Below the pieces are notes generated by a model, which was not told the origin of the DNA, did no database searches, and saw nothing but the letters and a program-made list of their open reading frames with translations. From Amoebidium appalachense (Eukaryota; Protista; Ichthyosporea), in the NCBI GenBank assembly GCA_963693365.1, contig CAVNZM010000003.1:12576310-12628102 (forward strand): a stretch of 51,793 bases of DNA, written 5' to 3'. The position numbers and the translations under genes are program-made. Positions 31,300 through 51,793 of the stretch are shown here, piece by piece (within the stretch, counting starts at the first letter, position 1; the number at the start of each line of letters is the position of its first letter).

Positions 31300-32321
31300 T
31301 CAGCCCATTCTGACACGTGTTACGACCCCCTGTGCATCAACGTGCACGTTAACCCTCTCCGGTCGGAAATCCATCGTAGCAAATGAGTTGGGGCCCAGCA
31401 CACGATATGGCTTGGTGAGGTTGTTTTCATACACCTGCAGATGTGTGTGTGTTGGGGGGGGGGAGGTGGGGGCGTGAACGTGTGTGTATGCACGGTTGTC
31501 GTATGCATGTGTGTGTGCACCAGGACATGTGCCCAGGCGTGATCGCGGGAGCAGTGTGTTGGTGATATAGACATGTTTGCGTGTGCCATTGACGTCGTGT
31601 TAGTCTGTGTACCCGTGCATGTGTGTGTGTGTGCATGTGTGCGTGAGTTGTGAATGTGAGTGTGAGTGTGAGTGTGTGTGTGTGTCAAGCACCCACGGTG
31701 AATGCGCATCTAAAGAAGGTAAAGGGAGGGGAGGGGGGGGAGGGGGGGGGGGGGGGGGGGGGACCGCGGGGGTAGTGGTGGCGGTTGAAAATGGTAGCGA
31801 AAGAAGCAGATATCGGTGAGGCAAGGGATAATGTTAAGTCACTTGTATGACATGGATGCATATTGCATGAAAAAACATATCAGCCTGCATGTCTGCCCAG
31901 TGCCCCTTACCCACCTTCCCGCCCAGTACTCTGCATCACCTTCTTCTTGTGTAAAAAGGAGAGGAAGAGTTGGTGGGAGAGGGTTGGGGGGCAGGGGCGG
32001 AGGAGAGGAGAGGGGTGGGGGGGCTGGTAACTATAGCACCCGTGCTATGTGTCTCTTTGTGAGTGTCTCTGCGTGTGTGTGTGTGTGTATGTGCATGTGT
32101 GTGTGTGTGTTTGTGTTTGTGTTTGCGTGCCTGTGGCGTGTGCGTGCATGTGTGTGTGCATGTGCGACATGGTCGTGCACGCGCACATGTGTGTTGACAA
32201 CATTGTAACTTAACAGTTTTCCAACACAATTGGAAACACATACCACGTCATCCTCCGTGCTTGTCTCTCCGCTGCGTATCAGTTTCTTGCCGACCCACGA
32301 GGCATAATCTGCAGCTTCCAT
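31300..32321 (-). CDS. Peptidase inhibitor I78-like (potato inhibitor I fold) 70-aa protein, exons 32321-32244 and 31434-31300
   Basis: Spliced product MEAADYASWVGKKLIRSGETSTEDDVVYENNLTKPYRVLGPNSFATMDFRPERVNVHVDAQGVVTRVRMG carries the TMDFRPERVN motif; GT-AG phase-0 intron. Confidence 0.85.
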
Positions 32322-32613
32322 TCTGTTGTGTGCAGTAGTCAAGTTAGAAGACTGAAACACAACCGTAGGCACTAGAAGCATGAATTTGGGTTTGTGTAAA
32401 CAGGTCCTGTGCATGTTGGTGTATGTGTACACAGGGTTGCAGAGAGTTTACACATAAGGGTGTGACTTGTGCAAGAGTATCTTGTGTGTTTGTGTGTCCG
32501 TGATTGTGTCTGTGTCCGTATCTGTGTGTGCCTGTAAGGGTACATGTGGTGTGTGCATTTGTGTGTGTGAACCTACCTGCATGTGTGTGTGCATGTGTGC
32601 GTGCCTGTCTATG

Positions 32614-32646
<33 letters not shown>

Positions 32647-32669
32647 ATGTGTCTGTGTGAGTTGTTTTG

Positions 32670-32720
<51 letters not shown>

Positions 32721-33292
32721 TGCGTGCGTGCGTGTACTTTTGTGTATGGGTGCGCGACACGTGCGCACACACTTGTGGAGTGGCTGTTCTGTGAAGATGT
32801 GCCGGAAGCACGTGTGCATTATTAGGAAATGCAGCAAAGGCACACAAATGTACGAACACCTATGTTGAAAAACGCAGCAAAAAGACCCTCAGTTTCCAGG
32901 GTTCTTAAGGTTAAGCGAAACACATTCCACAGTCAACAGTGCAAAAAGAGGCGACAGAAACCTGCTCTACACAAACTACATGGCGACACACAAACACTTA
33001 GCCTACTCTAAAGAGCAAAGGCGAGAGGGAGGAGGGGGAGAAAATGAGTTGGGGGAGGGGGAGGGGGAGGAGAGAGGGGAGGGTTTGAGGGGAATGGGGG
33101 GGGCGAGGAGGATATTCCCGCGGCAATGTGGGCATGTAGCCTTCTACTGAGAGTCACGCACATTTGCGTTCAGAACAACAAACATAGCAAAGGTTCGAGA
33201 TGCGCTAATGAAGCTTATGTTGAACTAGCCCCCCTCCCTCAAATACTCCCCCTCCCCCCTCCCCCTCCCCTCTCGCCCCACAACACCACACA

Positions 33293-33324
<32 letters not shown>

Positions 33325-33692
33325 GAAAAAAAAAAAAAGGGGGGGGGGGAAACACCTTAGCTTGGTTGTCGCTGTTTTGTTTGCAGTCGTTCCAAAAGCA
33401 GCCGCCCTGACAACACGCCCTTCTACCGAAACCCTTGTCGAAATGGGACGAAGGAAGTTAGCAAACATATGTTTTGGACGCAGATCTAGATGTTTTATGT
33501 AAGAGCACCACAACCATATGTAAAAGAGTTGACTTGAAAGTGAAGTCCGGCGGAAAGAAGTTTGCCAACACCCAAGTCCATACGCCGGAAGTCCCCGCGC
33601 ACCTGATTGGACAAAACACGATCCGATGACGTAAAATCAGGGGAGAACGATTCGATCCCCAAGCGACATAAAGGGGCCGTCAGGCCCCTTTA

Positions 33693-34677
33693 GGGCCTGT
33701 TTGGCAACGCGGAGTTACGAACTCCGGCGTAGACAGTATACGCCGGGTATCAAATCAGTATCCAGATTCTGATTTGTAATCCGGATTTAGGTCAAAACCT
33801 GGCGTAGATAATAACCGCTCGTGCCAAACAGACAACACTTTTTTCAGCTGCAGCTTAGTTTATCAAGTCACATTGCGCAAGTTTTACGTTGATCGGAGTG
33901 CGCATACTTTGCACGTATATCGTACCTAGGACTCAGTACTATTTTTTTTGTAGTGACTGTGCAGTGTCCCGTATGTATGTATTTGTATACACTGTAATGA
34001 TACCATTTGCATATATAACAACATCAACGTTTCCGGTTGCAAAACCACTATGTATTTAGCACGAAACATGGCCCTTTCGGCCGCAATTGCAGCAATTGCA
34101 TTCTTTGCTTCCCCCTACAGGCATCCTGTCGGTTCAGACAATCTTGACCGATGTGCAAACGATTGTCTAATGGTTAAAAAAAGGTTGCCTACAAGTTGGC
34201 CGCGAAGAGGAAGAATAGTTGAGGGGGGGCTTGTTTTTATACGACCTACCACACGTGGCCGGCTGTGTGTGGCTGTGTCGCAGCCTGCGCTCGGGCTGTC
34301 GCAGGCTCACCAGCAAGCTGGCCATGCCGGTGACAACGGACTTTCCGTTTGGCGTCTTTTCCACTTTAACTGTGTTTGGCTATATTGCACTGCCGCCAAT
34401 TGGCCGAGAGAGAAATGTAAAAAGGTCTCACGACATGAATTTTCATTGGTTTAGACCTTCACACGGCGTTCAATTTCGCGCCTAATCCACCTCCGGAGGT
34501 GGATTATAGAAATTGGAGTACAAGCGATGTCCAAGGGGTTTGAAACCCGGCGTACACAGGCCCAGATTGGGCCGTCTGTTTGGCATCGCGGATTTCAGAA
34601 AATCCGCTTTAGCCCTAACTCCAAAATCGATCTTACTCCGGAGTATGGCCGCTAACTCCGCGTTGCCAAACAGGCCC
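33693..34677. mobile_element. PIF/Harbinger (Tourist-like) non-autonomous element
   Basis: Perfect 25-bp TIR GGGCCTGTTTGGCAACGCGGAGTTA, TTA on both flanks (33690-33692, 34678-34680), internal partial TIR copies near 33820 and 34575. Confidence 0.9.
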
Positions 34678-35343
34678 TTAGCGGGGGGTTGGGGGGGCGG
34701 CAGCCCCCCCATTTAGGGCCCAGACACACATAGGGTTATGGTTATTGGGTTTATGTTTTTTATTTTTGTAAATTATTATCAATTATTGTATTTTTTTAGC
34801 CGGTTATCATCCGATCTCCCTATACCTAGGGCTTCCTTCGTAGAGACCTACCTCGTTTGCCAAAGCCTTAAGAAAAAAAAGGAAAAATGCTTACGTAATC
34901 CTGTCATATGTGACGTCATCTTCAAAACATGGTGCGAAGATACCCAACCGATGATCAGCGATAAGCAAGGAGTTAAAAAAGAAGATAACCTAATATTCAA
35001 GAAATATTGGAGATCGTTAATCTTCTCTTCAACTATGAGCTGACTAGATATACGATAGATATAACTTGGTGCGTAGATGCACTATGTTTGACAGCGAGTG
35101 GACTTTAGGACCGTTTTATTCCTTCTTTTGTTTTCAACTGCCCATATGAATGTGTTCTCATGCAAGTTTGAACCACGAACTACAGTCACCTGTAACATTA
35201 ACAAAAGAACAACGGAAACACCGCCGATTTCAAATCATCTGCTGCAAGCTGAAGGCTAACTCCAGTTTTTCACCCCTTTTTCAAAGTGCTCGAAGATGCC
35301 TGACAGACCTCCAGGAATTTTCTTTCTCCGCCGGTTCCTCCCG

Positions 35344-47224
<11,881 letters not shown>

Positions 47225-47529
47225 ACCCCTCCCCCCCCCTCCCCCCAACACACACACACACACACACACATACACCCCCCTCCTCCCCCCCCCCCCCCCA
47301 AAAAAAAAAAAAAAAAAAAGAGAGAAGAAAAGAAAGAAAGAAAAGGCAAAAAAGAAAAGAAAAGAAGTAAGAAAACCATTGCACCCCATCCCGCGGCTGT
47401 GCCTCACCTTACCCTTGTACACACAGACACACACACACGCCACACGCTCAAAAGCATATATGCACGCACCGATGTGGTACGCCGGCACACACACGCACAA
47501 CCACGTACATGCCCTCACACTCGCAGACG

Positions 47530-47651
<122 letters not shown>

Positions 47652-47698
47652 CTCTCTATCTCTATCTATCTCTCTCTCTCTCGCACTTGCACACGAAC

Positions 47699-47872
<174 letters not shown>

Positions 47873-48122
47873 TGACTGTACACTTGCACTGGCGTTTGTT
47901 TGCTTCAATGGCTGGTGTTATTTTCGTCTGATTCTGTTTTGTTGCACTCGTATGTGTATTTCTCTATGTATACTTAAGTACCTTCAGTTGTGGATTATTT
48001 GCTTTTTTTGCGCAGAATGCTCAAAATACAGGATTTGTATGCTCAGATAGTGCAATCGTGAATTTGTTGGATGAAGATGGCATCACCCGTATGTGCTTTT
48101 AATGAAGAGAAGATGTGTGTGT

Positions 48123-48175
<53 letters not shown>

Positions 48176-48412
48176 TGTGGGGCGCCGTTTTTTTTTGTTT
48201 TTTTTTGGGGGGGGGGGGGTTATTGGAAATGTTTTCCAATCCCACTGACTGTTCGAATGGGGGGAAGGTTGGGTGAATGTGTTGGTACATGGGTGTGTGT
48301 TCGGAGTTGACTACAATGTATATGTAATGGAGCGTGAGTGTGTGTGTGCATGCGTGTTTGCACCTATGCGTGCATGCCAATGGGTAAGTGTTTTTGGTTT
48401 GTTTGTTTTTTA

Positions 48413-48453
<41 letters not shown>

Positions 48454-48457
48454 TGGG

Positions 48458-48521
<64 letters not shown>

Positions 48522-48649
48522 GTTAGACTGACTTATCTGTCTCTCAACTCAGTCGATGGGATGCCTCAACATCGCAGCCACAGAGCACAGTATGGTGAGT
48601 GCATACAAACATGATGAAGGCAAGCACAAGATGTGACCCATATGCTGAA

Positions 48650-48770
<121 letters not shown>

Positions 48771-49499
48771 TCTCACTTGCCCTGCCGCACAATTTTTCCA
48801 TGAAACGAATGATTTGTGAGCGGCGAGCCTGTGTGTGCTTACACATTTTTCTTTTCCACAGGACTCAATGATTTCTGACCAATAGGACACACCGGCTTCA
48901 GCTGCTTTCCAGCTGCAGATATCCACGGATTCGATTGGTCACCGACCCAAGTATGATGTAGAGAGAAAATGGAAGCAAAGGGCATATTGGACTGTGCATG
49001 CGTCTGTGTGGCTGTGAAGGGGTGGGGTGGGGTGGGGTGGGGTGAGTGGAGGGTAAGAGGGGAAGGGAGGGGGAGACGGGGGGGGGGGGGGGGGGGGGGG
49101 GGGGGGATTAGTATTGGAAATAAGGTTTTTTGCCGATGAAAGCGAGTGTGTATGCTAATCACGGACAGAAGATTCACTTAAGGTCAGGGGAATATTCATT
49201 CGGGTTGGCCAAGTTTATCAGCATATTGGATGACGTTTGGTACAGGGCCTTTTTATACAAGCCATGCATGCTTGGCGACGTGAATCACGAGTAATGGGTT
49301 GAAGTTTACTTGGCCATATTTGAGGAATATTTTCTTACTAACTTGAAGATCCCATTTGGAAGCAGGCTGAATGTGGTACTGTAGCGCCTTCTTGGGAGCC
49401 CGGGTTGGCAGAATAGTGGTTTATTACGGTGGTTCTAATGGTTGGTTTGGTTTGCATGATTCTCCCTCCCCCCCCCTCCCCCCCCCCCCCCCCCCCCCC

Positions 49500-49530
<31 letters not shown>

Positions 49531-50243
49531 GAAGTTCATATATGCCGACTTGGAATTTTGGGTTTGATGTTTTTAGATTTTTCATGTAGCTTTTGTTTGT
49601 AGCTGCTTTTTGGAAGGCTTCAGGCACGCAGTTATGTCGTAATACTAACACAATGGCTGGTGTTTTTGAGAAGAGTAGTTTGGCTCAGTTTAGGTTTTTT
49701 TTTTTTTTTAAGTCTGGACAGATAGTCGATTTCTTTCACCATTGAATTCTTTTGTTCGGAAATCTATACTATTTTAAGCGTACCAGCATGTTAAAAATAG
49801 AGCACATATATCTCTGGAGACATATATTAGCTGGGACATATTGGCAGATATTTTAAAGACCGCAGATATTTTAAAGACCTCCTGTAATTGGCCGTTTTTT
49901 TAAGGAGACGGGTACTGTGTGCTCGCTTGCCTTAATAATTGACTGCGATCACGCCTCAGCCGCCATAGATACACGTCCTTTTTGAAGTTCCAGTCGACAC
50001 TGACATTCAAGTATACCGTAATTATTGTTTGTTTTTATCCCCCCACCAAATGACATTATTGTTCCGGTTGAATGTGTTTGTGCACGTGTGGTGGCTGCCC
50101 CGGGGGCGGTGGTGGTGTAGTTCCCTTTTTTTTTTTTTTTTTTTTTTTTTTTGGGGGGGGGGGGGGGGGTTGTTGGCCATGGGTTGGTTGGTTGGTTGGG
50201 AGGGAGAGAGGGGTGTGGAAGGGGGGGGGGGGGGGTGTGGGAA

Positions 50244-50289
<46 letters not shown>

Positions 50290-50961
50290 TTTTTTTTTTT
50301 GTTATATAAGGGCCCGGTAGCCTTTAGGTATAATCCACACTAAGAAATAAAAAGAAATGAGGCAGGGTTGTGGTATATATAACCCGGAAAAAAAGAAAAA
50401 TCAAATCTCAGGTGACATGTACAGTTGGTCCGATATCGACATCGTTGCAAAATCAGTTTGACCCTGGCTTTAAAGGGGGTTTCTTTTAGCTTTTCAGGCC
50501 GGGTCGGGTCAGAGGCGATTCTAGCTATATGATTGGTGTGCTGCGCATCAATTGCGCACCATGGTTTGGCTGGAAGCAAGGTACAGATGCGCCATAATAC
50601 AAGAAAAAAGAAAAAGAAAAGAAAAAAAAAAGAAAATAAGAATGGAATAATAATAATAAAGCGTTTGGAATAAGACTGCAGTTCATATCATGATTTATAT
50701 GCTGAATAAATGGCTTGACCCGGATGTGCTGGAATTGGTGCAATTAATCGGCCTAAAAGAAACCCCGTTTTTAAGGGCGCCAAATCTGTGGGGCTTGCGT
50801 ACTATGTGAGTGCGGTTGCTATATGGCTAATCAATGATCTGATCGGCGACCAATCAACCGTTACGTCATTGATCGAGTGGCTCACCAGATTACGTAATAT
50901 GTGAATTTGCTCCGATCGCTAGCGCTGATCAAACCACTAACAACTCCCGTGTGTCCGCTTT

Positions 50962-51231
50962 CGCAGACTTGGTACTTTTCACTAGTAAACCCCTCCTGAA
51001 AATTGGCAGAAGTGGTTTTATCCCGTTAGAATAAAGGTTTACACAGAGCCGTTTTGTTCGCCTCCGAGTATTACCTATGCTTCCCTGATACACTATGCTA
51101 GCCAATACATAGACATACCCTTAGAATCATAGGCGAACAAAACGGCTCTGTGTAAACGTTTGGATTAGTGAAAAAAACGTTTGTGCCAATTTTCAAGGGG
51201 GGTTTATTAGTGAAAAGTACCGAAGTCTGCG
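50962..51231. mobile_element. Foldback / MITE-like element with ~100-bp imperfect inverted arms
   Basis: cgcagacttggtacttttcacta...tttacacagagccgttttgttcgcct pairs with aggcgaacaaaacggctctgtgtaaa...tagtgaaaagtaccgaagtctgcg; no clear TSD. Confidence 0.7.
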
Positions 51232-51456
51232 CGTGAAGGATCATGCCGGCGGCTCAAAAATGGTTGGGGTTTACACACTTTTTATTGCGTGGACACTGCC
51301 GGAGGCCCAGCCACATTCGACGACCTACTGCGTTTTCCAGCACAGCCAATCAAATGCAGCCAGTGACATATGTACATGCTAGACTCAGACGGTGATTTCG
51401 CACACGTTTTTTTCTCTCACACGTTTTTTTCTCTCACACGTTTTTTTCTCTCACAC

Positions 51457-51487
<31 letters not shown>

Positions 51488-51793
51488 CTCTTTCTTTACT
51501 TTCTCTACTTAGGCATCGGCCTTTACTTAGGCATCCACCTCTACTTAGGCCCCTTGAGGGGCAGCTAGAACCCACCCATGGCGTCTCAGGATGCATCTGT
51601 TGTTTTGTACGGGTCTAAGGGAGCAGAGTGCACAGAGGTGTCATGTAAAACACGACTAACACATTAATGAGAGGGCAATCGGAGTTGTTCACGAGACATT
51701 GAAAGATTTCAAACAACAACTGAATCTTTATTGTGCTCTCGGTTCCTTTTGTACTTGCGACTTATCACCTTATCACAACTAAAGAGGGAGAAC

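Noticed and set aside
34714-34745. gggcccagacac / gggttatgg resembling the TRIM PBS region
   Set aside because: Pieces are in the wrong order and no LTR is adjacent; likely chance.
51503-51552. Three TACTTAGG motifs echoing the telomere-like unit
   Set aside because: Too short and degenerate to link to the array.

Overview
Eukaryotic genomic DNA with two sharply different halves. Bases ~1-22.3 kb form an intron-less, microsatellite-poor mosaic that resembles a decaying endogenous giant-virus or large mobile-element island. It carries a Fic AMPylase overlapping a patatin (ATGA), a PD-(D/E)xK nuclease, a disrupted D5-like SF3 helicase, C2H2 zinc-finger genes, a CxHG-repeat endonuclease, and an apparently intact IS607 element (serine recombinase plus Fanzor2/TnpB-type RNA-guided nuclease) inserted in a zinc-finger gene. 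It also holds several origin-like clusters of short iterated motifs and an ~8.3-kb segment bounded by inverted arrays of palindromic 91-93-bp repeats. That segment encloses a 116-bp satellite and a TTAGGG-containing minisatellite, into which a complete copia-type TRIM has inserted. Bases ~22.5-51.8 kb are host DNA rich in poly-C/G and (CA)n tracts, with spliced genes (a 14-exon SLC37-type sugar-phosphate exchanger, a 2-exon I78-type protease inhibitor, a 3-exon unknown gene, a TSP1/EGF pseudogene) and two MITEs. No capsid, polymerase, rRNA, tRNA or CRISPR array was recognised, so the virus and host identities remain inferences. All calls come from reading the sequence; no searches were run.
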